Assembly (NCBI RefSeq): GCF_006345805.1
Contig: NC_043000.1
Coordinates: forward strand, 67,952,001 to 68,016,000
From: Octopus sinensis
Lineage: Eukaryota
Direction of reading: 5' to 3'
DNA length: 64,000 bases
The first letter of the stretch is position 1. Each line of letters opens with the position of its first letter. The notes below the pieces were generated by a model. It did not search any database. It was not told the origin of the DNA and worked only from the letters and a program-made list of their open reading frames with translations. The translations under genes were made by a program, and so were the position numbers. This document shows, piece by piece, positions 1-12,879 of the stretch.

Positions 1-768
1 TGCAGTGTTATTTTTTATTTATTTTTTTTGAAGATGGTAGGGTTTTGCAAGAGATTTTACAGTTGTTTCTAGGAAGTCTCATGACCACATAGAAGCCTGT
101 CATTGACCTGAGTATATCTAAGTCTCTCAGCTAGGTCTGTATACAAAGTATTATACATGTTGAAATATTTTTTTCCTGCTTTCATTAATTGCTATTTGTA
201 CATACCTTTTCTCTTATTAACTCTAAATCTTTTTCTTTTAAACCTCTTTGGTATAAACATAGATTTAACATACTGGTAGATTCCTTCCTGAAGTTTTTTA
301 ATCATTTTAATTTCTGATCAGAATGGCATCATTTGACTGGTTTAAAAAAATGCTTGCTGCAGACTTGCACTACAGAATTCTAATTTTACTCCATAGAAAC
401 ATCAATATGTACAACAGAATTACTTCGATACTTGCTGATTTTGTCAGTCAGTACTCCTGAAATAGGACTTATTTCAAATGCAATGATACAGATTTTAGTA
501 TTGTATCAGAATGTTCATTTACTAAGTCTTCCTATAATCAGTGACTTATTTTTTAAAGTTATAACTGGTTATTATTTATAGGAACAGTTTGCAAAACGTT
601 TTTAAAATGACTGGAAAACACTCACCAGTGATAACAGAATTTATTTAGGTGAAGTGAACAAGATTTTTTTAAAAAGTAGGGCTTTGTAGTAGATGCAAAT
701 GAAGACTGTATGATTTAAGTGTAATGTTAACAATTATAACAATTTTCCTTTACGGCTTATTTTTTTAG

Positions 769-852
769 GTAAGGGAGGTAAAAACAGAAGGCGAGGTAAA
801 AACGAAAGTGAGGATGTGAAAAGAGAACTTGTTTTCAAAGAAGATGGTCAAG
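769..852 (+). CDS. EIF1A: eIF1A coding exon 2; exon 1, expected to encode about MPKNK, is upstream of the window
   Basis: ttttttag|GT AAG GGA GGT...CAA G|gtatgt translates to (G)[27 protein letters not shown], the conserved basic N-terminal tail of eIF1A; 84 nt, phase 1/1. Confidence 0.97.
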
Positions 853-1625
853 GTATGTAATTTATCTATGTATTTCAGAGCTCCATTACTTCTTAAATAC
901 TCTTTTTATTAGGAAAAAGAAAATAATGCTAAAGATAGCTGTGAAAATGTTTCACTATTCAAATAATTTAGTTTGTTTTTTTCACAAATGTATTTCAATA
1001 GTAAACATATTTTTAATATTACTACCATTTTAATCCCTTTCTTTCCTACACCATTATAGATTGTAAGAACCATCTTGCTTGGGATTCTGGGTGTATAACC
1101 AGTGTTTATCTTTGGCCATTGATGTAAAAAATTAAAATAATGTTAAACCAATCCATGCTGGTGGGACTAGGTGTGGTTTGAAATGCAACATTTTGAAATG
1201 ATATCCTATTGGCAAGTGATAATGGGAAGGCGAAGATTTAACTGAATGAATATTTGTGTGTTTGTCCCTACCAGTAAGTAATTGATATTTTATCCATTCA
1301 AGACATGTCTTGAAGTAGAGTAATATAGAAAATAAATAAATCTGCTTCAAGATAAGGTGGCCAACTGTTTCTAGACTTCATTGGATAATTAGTATTTTCC
1401 AACATGATCATTGCCTACCAACTGGCTGGTACCAATGAAATTTTAAGTTATATTTCACAGTTGTCAAAATAAATTGTTCTATAAACAAAAATTGGTTTAC
1501 ACAAAGGTAATACTACTTATCTATTCTGCATGATTAACAAATATTTTCTGTGTGAAAGCATATTTAACACTGGAATTATTATACTTAAAGTATATTTATC
1601 ATTCCTACAAATTAATTTTGGGCTT

Positions 1626-2677
1626 GTGACCAAGTCAGCAGCGGGGGCGGGTGTGCTGAAAGTGTAACTGCTAGAGTAAGAATAGCTTGGGCAAAGTTCA
1701 GAGAGCTCTTACCTCTGCTGGTGACAAAAGCCTCTCGCACAGAGTGAAAGGCAGACTGTATGATGCGTGTGTACGAACAGCCATGCTACATGGCAGTGAA
1801 ACATGGGCCGTGACTGCTGAGGATATGCATAAGCTCGCTAGAAATGAAGCCAGTATGCTCCGATGGATGTGTAATGCCGGTACTCACACTCGGCAGAGTG
1901 TAAGTACCTTGAGAGAAAAGCTGGACCTAAGAAGCATCAGTTGTGGTGTGCAAGAGAGACGTTTGCGCTGGTATGGTCATGTGGCGAGAATGGATGAAGA
2001 TAGTTGTGTGAAAAAGTGCCACGCCCTAGCGGTTGAGGGAACCTGTGGAAGAGGTAGACCCAGGAAAACCTGGGACGAGGTGGTGAAGCACGACCTTCGA
2101 ACTTTAGGTCTCACTGAGGAAATGACTAGAGACCGAGACCTCTGGAAGTGTGCCGTGCGCGAGAAGACCCGGCAAGACAAGTGAGTCCATAACCCGTGGC
2201 CTTCTACATGGGATGGAGCCAGCCTACGTATGCATACCTTCCCTTCTTGGGACACAAAACTCTACTTGTGAAGACGTGATGAGGCAAGTGAGGATCAGAA
2301 TCGAAATCGATCAATGGAAATTGCAGATGTGTTACCAGTGCCGGTGGCATGTAAGAGAACTTTCCGTTTCGCGACCGTTGCCAGCACCGCCCCGTTTCGT
2401 GTCCGTTGCCAGCCTCGCCTGGCCCTCGTGCCGGTGGCACATTAAAAGCACCATCCGTTCGTGGCCGTTTGCCAGCTCTGTCTGGCACCAGTGCGGGTGG
2501 CACGTAAAAAGCACCCACTACACTCACGGAGTGGTTGGCGTTAGGAAGGGCATCCAGCCGTAGAAACACTGCCAGATTTGACTGGGCCTGATGAAGCCTT
2601 CTGGCTTCACAGACCCCAGTAGAACCGTCCAACCCATGCTAGCATGGAAAACGGACGCTAAACGATGATGATGATGA
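1626..2677 (+). mobile_element. 5'-truncated RTE-clade LINE (RT C-terminus, 3' UTR, (GAT)n tail) in an eIF1A intron
   Basis: ORF motifs RTAMLHGSETW, RRLRWYGHVARM, GRGRPRKTW; tail gatgatgatgatg; degenerate TSD acaaattaatttt (1607-1619) / acaaattatttt (2681-2692). Confidence 0.93.
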
Positions 2678-2942
2678 ACCACAAATTATTTTCAAGATGT
2701 AATTAAACATTTTATGTGGTATGTGAAGATTTGGTGAATTTTAGCAGAGGACAGTAATACTGGAATCTTAGATATTATGTACACAGAAATGTATACTTGC
2801 TTACATGTGAAATACTTTGTGTGCTTTGATATTTGACTAGCTGCATATGAGGATAAGTGAGAAATATGTATATGAGTTGAAAAGTTTATTTTAAATATGG
2901 CATACAGAGAGTTATATGGCTGTGAATTATAACAGCTACATA

Positions 2943-2943
<1 letters not shown>

Positions 2944-3025
<82 letters not shown>

Positions 3026-3042
3026 TATACATACACATACAC
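2944..3042. repeat. Compound (GT)n(AT)n(AC)n microsatellite
   Basis: Seen directly in the sequence. Confidence 0.95.
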
Positions 3043-3043
3043 A

Positions 3044-5192
3044 CAGAAGCATACCTCACCCTACATTGTTAATTGGTTCCAGGAGACACAACTTAAGTTG
3101 AATTAACTTGTCTCTAGGCTAGTCTAGGCTGAATCTACTTGACTTTAGACTAAACTGATAATAAACCATTCCCATTTCTGTACCTTATTTATAAACGCAT
3201 ATTCAATAATACATGGTTAATAAAAACCTATTTTAAGCTTACAAACAAATAATTTTTATTTTTAATACAGTACAGTAAAAAAAAAAATGAAAGTAATCTA
3301 AATTTACAAATACAAAGGAGCAAAAGTTTCCGGACAAGCCCCTATAATCTTGGAAAAAGCATTGAGCATTTGGATCCATATCCTTGAACATAGAAAGACC
3401 TTTTTTGATATTTAATGGTAAAGTGACGTGGCTCAGTTTTGACTTCCTCTTCTTTATTTTGCTGCTCGTGAAGCTCTTTCAAATCCTCATTAGTCAGGAG
3501 CTGCTTGCCTTTTTCAAATAAATCTGAAATCTTCCTCCCCCAAATCCATTTCCAGTTCTTTGCTTGTAGTCACTAACGTTTTGTTGATGGCAACATTATC
3601 AAACCTCTTAAAATCATTCATGAATTGCAGGCATAGCTTCTTCCATACACCATTCATAGCTGTGCTCTGTACATCATTCTATGCTGCTGCTATGTTCTGT
3701 TTAGCCTTTTAGATATTGTATCATCAAGATCAGTTGCAGCTATTACTTGCCACAGTGTACGCTTCAACACTTGAAGATAGCAATTATTCCCTGATCCATT
3801 GGTTGCAGAAAAGACGTCATGTTCGGCGGGAGGTATACAACAGTAATGTTGGGGTCAAAATCTTTGATGTTCTGCAGGTGGCTAGGAGCATTATCTAAGA
3901 TAAGTAAGGCAATAAAAGGAATCCCCTTCTCCTTACAGTACTTCTCTGCTGTTGGGATAAAATGATTGTCGAAAACAAAAACAGTAACCCTTGCTTTTGA
4001 ATTAGCCATCCGTAAAACAGGGCGAGATGCCGTGGTTATGTTCTTCAGGGCACGAGGGTTGTGTGCATGATACACAATCAATGGCTTTAACTTAAAATCT
4101 CCAGCACAATTACCTCTCAGCATAATGGTAACATGTTCTTTTGAGACCTTGTAGCCTGGAATAGTTTTCTCCTTGGAAATGAATGAATTGTCTGGCAATT
4201 TTTTCCAATCCAGTTTTGTCTATGTTAAAAATCTATTTGGGAAGAAACCTGTTTTCTTTGATGATTTTCTTTAATGCATTAGGAAATTCTGCTGCTGCTT
4301 GTTCGTCAGCTGATGCACTTTCACCTTGCTTTTTAACGGAGTGGTAACTTCTTTGCTCCTTAAATCTCATGAACCATCTTTGACTTGCCTTGAACTCTAC
4401 ATCTTTTCTCACCTGGATATTTTTCCTTCAGGTCCTCAAAGATTCAACCTAACAATCAAAAGAGAAAGAAGACTTTCCATTTCTTCAAAGATTTTGCCTC
4501 TTATTGATGACAGTATTCTTCATCAATGGGGCTTCAGATCTGATATGTGCTAAAATCTTGTCCTTATTATGTACAATTGTCAATATAGTTGTCTGACTCA
4601 TCCCAAAAAATTGTGTAATTGCCACCACTTTTTCACCTTTTTCATGGTATTTTATCATAGCCAATTTATCTTCCAGTGTTATAGCATGACACTTAGCAGT
4701 TTCACTACAGATTTTCTTAGGAGCCAGGGGGCAAAAAATAGTCTCAAGTGAATGAGAATGAGGTAGTAGCTGATAAACAGATGTAAACAAATTTGAATTC
4801 AAAACAATTGTGGGAATCACGAGTGACAACGACACCTAACAGTAGATATGGAATTACAGTGCAATATGAGCTCTGAAAGGCTGAGAAATGACAACACAGC
4901 TGATTTCATGATTTCGTTCACTAAGCCACACTACTTTATGGTGTGTGTCTTAACATTTATTGTATGTATTTTAATATGATTGTATATGCTTTTATTCTTA
5001 CTTATTGTACAGTAACATGATTTTGTGTTTTTAACGGTTTTCTAGTGATTTTACGAGTCCGATATTTGTGGCGGACAGATGTAAAGTCAAGTAAAATGAC
5101 TTAACTTGATTTTTATTTTTCCATGTATTATTTTTGAAAACCAACATATAATTAAGACTTAAATCAAAATGACTTAAGCTGAGTTATGCCTG
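3044..5192 (-). mobile_element. Decayed near-full-length Tigger/pogo DNA transposon
   Basis: CENP-B-like HTH remnant (ITLEDKLAMIKYHEKGEKVVAI) at 4485-4835 and DDE_1 remnant (LLILDNAPSH...LPPNMTSFLQPMDQGII) at 3764-4198; TIR-like ends cagaagcatacctc (3044) and gagttatgcctg (5181-5192). Confidence 0.88.
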
Positions 5193-6113
5193 TGTATGTA
5201 TGTATGCATATGTATGTATACATATATATATATATATATATAGATAGATAGATAGATAGATACACACACTGGGTAATTCAAATAAAATTGTACAAAAAGA
5301 AAACTTGTGAGTTTTGTAATGAATATATTGCAAAACTACAGATGTAACATGTAAGGTTAACTCTCCAAGTTTCTTTGGCAACACTGATAATCTCGCTTGT
5401 GACTGTCATTAGAAACTTGAAGAGTTAACCTTTCATGTTGCACTCGTATCTTTGCAATGTATTCATTACAACACTTACAGGTATGTTTTGTTTTTTGCAC
5501 CATTCATTTTAAATTACCCCCCCCCTCTCTCTCTCTCACGGGGAGAGAGAGAGTGAGTGAGTGAGAATTTGAAAATAACCTTTAGATGTGGTACTTTGGC
5601 TTCAGAAATAAAAAGATGTAAATTAGAAATAAATTCCTCTTTTCTTTATTGAGACTAAAGTATTTGTTTCTTGACCAGAAATAGATTAGTTGATTAAGTA
5701 AAAATTAACCTTTTAGCATTCAGATTATGTTGAGTGCAATGTTTATTTAGTCACATTGTTTTGAATTAATCATGCATTATCTTGTTGGTTTGAGATTTCA
5801 GTGATATGATTGTTTATGAAGAGGAAGGAATTTGATTGAAGAGCTATAAAACGTTAAAAAAATGTTCTTAATTGTAGTCAGTTTAAAAAATTTCTCTCAT
5901 TGCTGTGTTAAACTTGTTTTTCCCCAAATCAACCACAAATCTGAGTGTAGCAGTCTTTTCATTGATATCCAGTTATCATGCTTGAGAAATTGATCCAAGT
6001 TAATTATAAAGTACCTAAGTTCCAATTATTATTTTAGCTGTTATGTATCCATGTTTTTCCTGCATATATGTGGTTTTAAGTAAAGCAATTGGATTTAAAA
6101 AAAATTTTTTTAG

Positions 6114-6217
6114 AATATGCACAAGTTGCCAAAATGCTTGGAAATGGTCGATTAGAAGCCATTTGCTTTGATGGAAACCGGCGTTTGTGTCACATCAGAG
6201 GAAAATTGAGAAAAAAA
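6114..6217 (+). CDS. EIF1A: eIF1A coding exon 3 (OB fold)
   Basis: tttttag|AA TAT GCA...AAA AAA|gtaagt encodes [35 protein letters not shown]; 104 nt, phase-compatible with both neighbours. Confidence 0.98.
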
Positions 6218-6429
6218 GTAAGTTTCAAAAACTTTATTTTTGTTCTTTTTATTTATATTCAACAGGATTAAAATTTAGTTTCACAAATAGAAATTGTAAA
6301 TACGCTAGTAACTTTTTGTTCTTGTAATGTTGTTCAACTAGCCAGTGATTTCAGGTTTATTTAGTCTGCATGAAATTGTAAAAATATTAAATGCTTTGAG
6401 CATTACATATCAGATGTAATTAAGTATGT

Positions 6430-7150
6430 GAGTTAGTTTGGTTGTCCATTTGGATGCTTCAGTGATTTCAGTTGAGCATACTATCCATCATGGTCCCCCA
6501 TGCATGTTCTTAATTTGTCATCATTTGCCATTGCACTGCCATGAAGCAAGTTATCCACGTGGGTTAGGCGTTTTCTTCTCCTAATGATTTTTCCTTCAAC
6601 TGACTGCACCCTAGAATCTGCGTGTCAACTGGTCTCAGTTGAGACAGATTCTTTTTGATGCCTGACACATGACCAGCAGTTCTCATTCTTTGCTGAATCT
6701 TCTGTCACTTTGGGTAGATCTTGATAAAGCTGGTCATTGATTAAATGAGCTCTCCATATAACGTTCTGGAGTTCTAAGATGGCATGCAAATTGAAAATTA
6801 GGTTGTTTGTCTCCACAGAGTCAGTTTTGTTACATGGTGCTGAAAAGCTTGAAAAACAAATGGAAAGTGGCTACACAAGAAAATAATATAAAGTTTCATA
6901 TATTTTGCTGATGTGTCACTCCACTCCAGAGAAGCCAAGTATTGGTATTTTTCAGTCTTTAACAAACTTTCTGATGTCTGCTGTATTGGAATTTTTCTCT
7001 CAGTTTTCAATTTTGCTACAACAGTATCCCAGTCTATGAAATAAAAATTGACTAGGGTCAGCGGAATAATTACATCATTGGACAAAATGCTTTGCTGTAT
7101 TTGATACAGCTCTCAACATCTCAGTTCAAATCCCATTGGTCTTGGCTTTG
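6430..7150 (-). mobile_element. Old RTE (BovB-like) LINE 3' remnant
   Basis: Frameshifted motifs YQYLAS, NVIWRAHLINDQLYQDLPKVTE and RTAGHV on the minus strand. Confidence 0.65.
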
Positions 7151-7433
7151 CTTTTTGTCTTTTCAGTCTTGATAAAATTATTACCAGTCAGGTTCTCTAT
7201 TATTGTAATCAATTAAGGGAATGTAGGTGCTGCTTGCTGATTTTGACTTGGTCCAATGTTGATTAATGGTAGAGTCCTTTCGACATTGCATCTAAATGTC
7301 CAAAAATGTTTTTTTTTTTTAATCTTTAACTCATTCTTCTTTCTAAATAAAAATTTTACATCAAGGTTTATTGAATATTTACAAGAAATTTTCTTTAAAA
7401 TTACTGTATTTCTTTTTATTTAACCTTTTGTAG

Positions 7434-7566
7434 GTGTGGATAAATGCTGGAGATATTATATTATTGGGTTTACGGGAATATCAAGATGCAAAAGCAGATG
7501 TTATTCTTAAATACACACCAGATGAAGCTAGAAATTTAAGAGCTTATGGAGAGTTACCTGATTCAG
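7434..7566 (+). CDS. EIF1A: eIF1A coding exon 4
   Basis: ttttgtag|GTG TGG...TCA G|gtaata encodes [44 protein letters not shown]; 133 nt. Confidence 0.98.
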
Positions 7567-7963
7567 GTAATATCTTTAACATATATATCATTATCAACAT
7601 CATATATAAATGTGTGTGTGTTTTTGAATTATCACTAGTGTTAATGTGTTGTTGAAATGTTAACAGAAACTAAAGCAGATGGCCCAAGTACAAGTGGGAG
7701 TATGGATACAAAGAATTTTGTAATTAAAAATTTGTATCAAAGATAATTTACATTCTACATTGTTTATAAAACAAGTAGAGTTCTGGTAGATATGACTGCA
7801 TTTTATGTAATCAGAAGAAATGATTGCAGTATTAAACAAGGCAAGATTGACTTGGTTTTGTCCCTTAGAAGGTAGAAAAATGAACACCAGAGTACTGAGG
7901 TCAATATCATTGACTTCTGAAAGCTATATCCCAACATAAAAGATTTATATATATATATATACA

Positions 7964-8194
7964 TACAAGTTTCAGTCATTAGACTGTGACCATGCTGAGT
8001 CACCACCTTGAAGCATTTCGGTTGAGTGAACTGACCCAGTACTTTTCTTTCTTTCTTTTTTTTTTTTTTTTGAAACCTGGTACTTGTTCTATCAGCCTCT
8101 TTGCCAAACCACTAAGTTATGGAGATGTAAAGACATCAACACCAATTGTCAAATGGCAGTGGTGGTGGGACAAACTCAGACACAAAGACGTATG

Positions 8195-8230
<36 letters not shown>

Positions 8231-8412
8231 CATACACACACACACACATATATACATATGACAGGCTTCTTGCAGTTTCTGTCTCTCAGATCCACTCACA
8301 GGGCTTTGATCAGCCTGAGGCTATATGAGAAGACTTGCCCCAAGGTGTCATGTAGTTGGACTGAACCTGATACCATGTGATTGGGAAGCAAGCTTACCAA
8401 ACAGCTGCGCTT
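7964..8412 (-). mobile_element. tRNA-derived SINE family A (CORE-like centre, CA/TA-rich middle)
   Basis: Reverse complement of the family seen at 14660 and 30532 (cttgggcaagtcttct, gactgaaacaagt tail); CpGs mostly decayed. Confidence 0.8.
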
Positions 8413-8613
8413 ATGTGGTTGTCAGTATTTATATGTCTTTGGTAGTTTTAACTGTTATATATAAGATTATATGAAAAAGTTTCTATATACCTGTGTGCAT
8501 TTAATTTCTTGTGTAACTAATTTTGTATACCAAATTGATACTGCTGGGACATGCACTTAATATCTAAATAGCTTTCTTAAAAAGTGTTATATCGTCAGTG
8601 GTGATGTATGGTG

Positions 8614-8871
8614 TGTGATAGATAATATATCACAGTACCAAATATAACCGTATAACAATAAGCAATGTAACAAGAGTTGGTTATCTTATAACTGTTCTCA
8701 CAGTAACAATCCGATACTCCAATGCAGAATCAATGAGACTAATGCCCTCACAGTTTGATCTCAACTGTCTACTGGCTCATCTATTTATAGACTCGTCTAG
8801 TCCACTGACATTCATGAGAGGAGGTGTCAGTTCACTCCACAACAAAAAGGCAACATTTTGAAGGGAACACA
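8614..8871. mobile_element. Possible solo LTR
   Basis: TGT...ACA ends, internal ctatttatag (reverse TATA-like) and composition like the LTR at 25078; no clear TSD. Confidence 0.3.
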
Positions 8872-9405
8872 TTATTGTTTTGTGTATTAATCACTGCTAA
8901 AACATTTTAATTCCTAGCTTCAGTAATTTCTGAGATACTGGCAAGGAGATTCAAACAATCTTGACACAAGCAACCAATTTGATTGGTGCATGTCTATGAA
9001 TGACGGTAACAATATATATTATATCCCAAGTGTACTTTGCATATCCATTTACAAGGCTTTCACCAGCTTGGAGCTGTAGTGAAAAAAACACTTGCCTGAG
9101 ATTCTGTACTGTGGGACTGAATCTAAAACTGCACAGTTGGGAAGCAATCCTCTCATCTACACAACCATGCCTAGCTTAACTAAAACATCCAACATGCTGA
9201 TGAATAAATGTGGTTTTGCTTGTAAAGTTGTAAAAATTATCTCTAAAATTTACATGTAATCTAGTTCAGTATCATATATATTTCTTTTGTTTACTCAGCC
9301 AAAGACACCTATTTCTAAATTTATATTAATATCTGTATACATCTTTAATTACATAAAAATAGTTTTGTTTAAAAAAATTTATGCATATTTCTTTTTATTT
9401 TGTAG

Positions 9406-9494
9406 TTAAAATTAATGAGAATGTTTGGGAAGAAGGTGAAGATGACAACATCACTTTCGATGATTTTGATGGAGATGATGAGGAAATAGAAGAA
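9406..9494 (+). CDS. EIF1A: eIF1A coding exon 5 (acidic C-terminal tail)
   Basis: ttttgtag|TT AAA ATT...GAA GAA|gtaaga encodes (V)KINENVWEEGEDDNITFDDFDGDDEEIEE; 89 nt. Confidence 0.95.
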
Positions 9495-9879
9495 GTAAGA
9501 TTATATATATTTTTTTCAATCTTGTAATATTGACAATTTAGAATCTTGAAGTTTTATGAGTGCTCATTGAAGTATATGTAGTATGATTTGAAATTTTGTG
9601 GGGAATGACTAAATACTGCAATGCTTTTAGCTAGATATGCTGTGATTTCTGCTAACTTGCTATTTCTAAATAATTTTATTACTGATGTTCACTACGTTAA
9701 CAAATATTTAATTCAAAATTTTTGGAGATGAGTAAATCTGTACACTTTGAAAATCAGTTAGAGCATCGAGACTCTGAAGGTCAATGTTAATATTAGTCTA
9801 CTTTAAGAGTTTTGTTGGAAAAACTACGATCATCACTGACAAGCTGAGGTAAAGTCATAGGAAATGTACTTCCAGCAGC

Positions 9880-10560
9880 TCTAACTAAAATCAAAAATTG
9901 GGAGGTTCATGGTTTGATCAGTATACATTCTAAGGTCTGGAAAACTGGAGCAGTTAATCTGTGTACAAATAAACTAAAGGCAATAATTTCCCTTTCCCAA
10001 AAATTAGTGCAGAATTGCCAGAGTATTAAAGTAACAACTACTGCAGATAAGATCTCTAACATAATGATACACAATTGTAACACACACACACACATTGAGA
10101 AAGTTCTTAGAAATCAAATGAATTCAGAAAGACTTGCTGAACTGGACAAATATAGAAAACATTCAAGTCACTCAAGTTTCGTTTGTAGCTCTTTCGCCTG
10201 AACACTAATCAACAGACTTGAGATTATGCTGGATAGTACTTATATGTGTTTGCTTTGTGCCATATTGAATATGTCCTGGAAAGAACAATCTACTAAAGAA
10301 AGATTACACAATAAACTCCCTATACAGATAACATTAGAGAAAGACAAGTTAACTCTATGGGAGAAATAGGGAGGTGGTTACTGACACCCTACTTTAGATG
10401 CCTCAGTGATATTAAAGCTGCAGTGTCACCCTGTAGAGACATACTTGGCTGTCATTAAGAAAAACTTTCATGTACCATGGAAAACAGCATGGAGGATTAG
10501 GATCATGCAAATTCATGTAAGTGCAACTGATGTTGAAGAGGATCTGTACTCTTTACAAGT
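9880..10560 (+). mobile_element. Old RTE (BovB-like) LINE 3' remnant
   Basis: Degenerate segments resembling ILNMSWKEQ and MEDRIM..IHV, typical of the RTE ORF end; many stops. Confidence 0.5.
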
Positions 10561-11517
10561 GTATTACTTCCAGACTATACCAACACTTCACATATAGAAA
10601 CATATTTTACAACCCCATTGTTATCCCTGAAGATGATTGGTTACTTGAGTTACAAGGCAGTTAACTACAAGCCCCTTTGGACTGTTCTTGCCATCACTTG
10701 GGATCAGTTATCAAAATTACTTTTAAAAAACAAAAAGCTAGACAGTGAACAAACTGGAAACCAATACTTGAATCATTTTAGTGAATAAGCAAAACCTACC
10801 CTTGCTATGTGGATCATCATTAACATCTGTTATTAAGAAAAAAAAACAAGGAATTTGATTTTATTATCATTCATCTTCTGGCTTAAGTAATTTTACTAAG
10901 AAACACTGCATTGCTTTTCATGTTCTTGGGGACTCTTAAGTTCTCATAGATACAGAAAGGCAACAGAATCTTGACTGAGAGCAGAAATGATTTGAATAGC
11001 TGTTCGTACAAATGAGCTACTTTGTTGTGTCTATTATTACAAAAATTGAAGGGTATCCAGTTGTGAAATTCACCTTATAAAAGATGTCCTTGAGGAGAAT
11101 GATAGTTTGTATTGGGGCCTACAATAGGAAAATGTAAGTGTATTTGAACAGTTGATATCTGTAACTGAAGTACAGGTTTGTCCTAGTATAAGATGGTGCT
11201 GCACCACTTTTTTGATCACGAGCATCCCTGATATTCTTGTCAAAGCTGTTATCCATTCCTCTTGCAATCTTCAAATAGTGTAACATAAAAAACTATATAA
11301 AATAAGATGTCTTGCTTCTTCCATGACAAAAGTTTGCTCTGGCAAATCTGTTGACCTTTCAATCTTCAGAGTAACTAATAACAATTAGTTTAATGATATT
11401 AACCTACAAATAGGTTCCATTCAATAAATGAATTAACTAAACTGTAAATTGAGTGTATAATACTTAATTTTTAAAGGAAATTATTAATATTAAGTTTATT
11501 TATTTATTTATTTGCAG

Positions 11518-11523
11518 ATATGA
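11518..11523 (+). CDS. EIF1A: eIF1A terminal coding exon (Ile-stop), followed by 3' UTR
   Basis: Strong acceptor tttatttatttgcag|ATA TGA; phase 0 matches exon 5; same two-codon last exon as vertebrate EIF1AX. Confidence 0.85.
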   Translation: M

Positions 11524-11932
11524 AGACCATGTAGTAACAGCAGTTAGACCAAGTTATCTGACTGTAAAGATATTAAATATTGGACTTTTTTAAGACAGCT
11601 GAAGTTGTTGATTTTTTTTTTCTTTGAATTTTCTTCTCCCTTTTTATTGAGTAAAAGGGGGTTGGACTCAGGCATGACAACCTACCATGTATCTATTGTT
11701 GATATATACAGTAAGATTAATAGCACCATTGCAATATTTATTGTTGCATGTGTGTAAGCATTACCACTATTTTTTTTTTCATGATTTATTTTCCTTCCCT
11801 TATACCATATGCTGAGTTATTTATTCACATTATTTACAGTTTCCCCCCATCCCCCCCAATTTTTTTATTTCATGAAATGAATTTGATTTAAAGGGTAATG
11901 TAATACAATGATGTTATCTGAAGCCAATGCCT

Positions 11933-11957
11933 AATAAAAACAATTTGAGAAAATAAA
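11933..11957 (+). promoter_or_regulatory. Candidate eIF1A polyadenylation signals
   Basis: AATAAA at 11933-11938 and 11952-11957, about 410 nt after the stop, followed by GT/T-rich sequence; more AATAAA occur further downstream. Confidence 0.5.
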
Positions 11958-12879
11958 GAGCTATTTTTCACAGATGTGTTTCCTAGGGATTTCAACAGAT
12001 AGGTGATTGATTCTTTAAGCACTATGACTTATTTCCCTTTGATATCCCTTACGCCTGAATGACATAACAAGCTGTCTACCTTGTGCCTGGAGAAAATTTA
12101 AAGACATTTGCTAATAAATACCTCTCGGATAAATTCTCACTGCTTCAACTTTATTACTTCTGTAAAAATAATCATGTTTGCTCGAGATTATTAATTTCTT
12201 TCCATATATATATATATATATAATTACAAGACTGCGTAGAAAATGTAGCAAACAACTTTAAAATAATGAAACCAGCTATATAAAACAATGGAATCAAAAT
12301 TTTAACTTGGGGGAGGGGTGGAAATTATACTTAACATAAATATCAAAAAATTAGCCATGTGGTGTGGATTAAATCAATCAATACATAAGTTTATCTGGCA
12401 AGTACTGCGACCAGTCATTGGCATATGTTGCTTAACTCTGAATATTTTTTTCCCTCCTATACAAATGGCTGTTTACATCATGGGGAATGTTATTTCTGCT
12501 CTACTTTTTTTCTCTGAGACTCTGGCATGCCAGTTACATTGGGGACTCTGGTTGACTCTATTTTTGATGCCTGTTGCTCATTGTTGATGTTAAATAATCA
12601 TTACTCATACATCAATCTATAATGCATTAACAGTACATACAAGTGAATAAAAAACAAAAATCCACCATTCCATACATTTTCTACTTAGTTGCAAACTTGA
12701 CTTTAATTGATCAGCAAAATTTACCATATTTACGTATGCTTCTGGGGAAAATGAGTTTGTATTTGTTGACAAGAGCATTGAATTCCTCTTATCTTTCTGA
12801 ATATGGTAACAGCACTGGTGTTATTGGTACTGTTTATAGTCACCTTGTTTATTTTATTTTGTTTTGTTGATATTCTCTT

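Noticed and set aside
2585-2615. CTGATGA followed by a hairpin (gaagcc ttct ggcttc) in the RTE 3' UTR
   Set aside because: No GAAA after the stem, and other RTE copies read ctggtgcag here, so it is not a hammerhead.
2150-2632. Overlapping 60-143-aa ORFs here and at 58389-59197 and 62139-62639
   Set aside because: They arise from GC-rich tandem units of the RTE 3' UTR and antisense RT frames; there is no independent coding signal.
2692-3101. ORF-track entries rich in YI, HT or CV repeats (also at 8117-8328, 55777-56330, 62602-62864 and others)
   Set aside because: These are translations of (AT)n, (AC)n and (GT)n microsatellites, not genes.
11060-11380. Possible R4/Dong RT remnant on the minus strand in the last eIF1A intron
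   Set aside because: Only weak motif echoes, too decayed to call without an alignment.
853-11517. Intronic snoRNAs in the eIF1A host gene
   Set aside because: No convincing C/D box pair with terminal stem or H/ACA structure was seen by eye; a snoscan or Infernal run would be needed.
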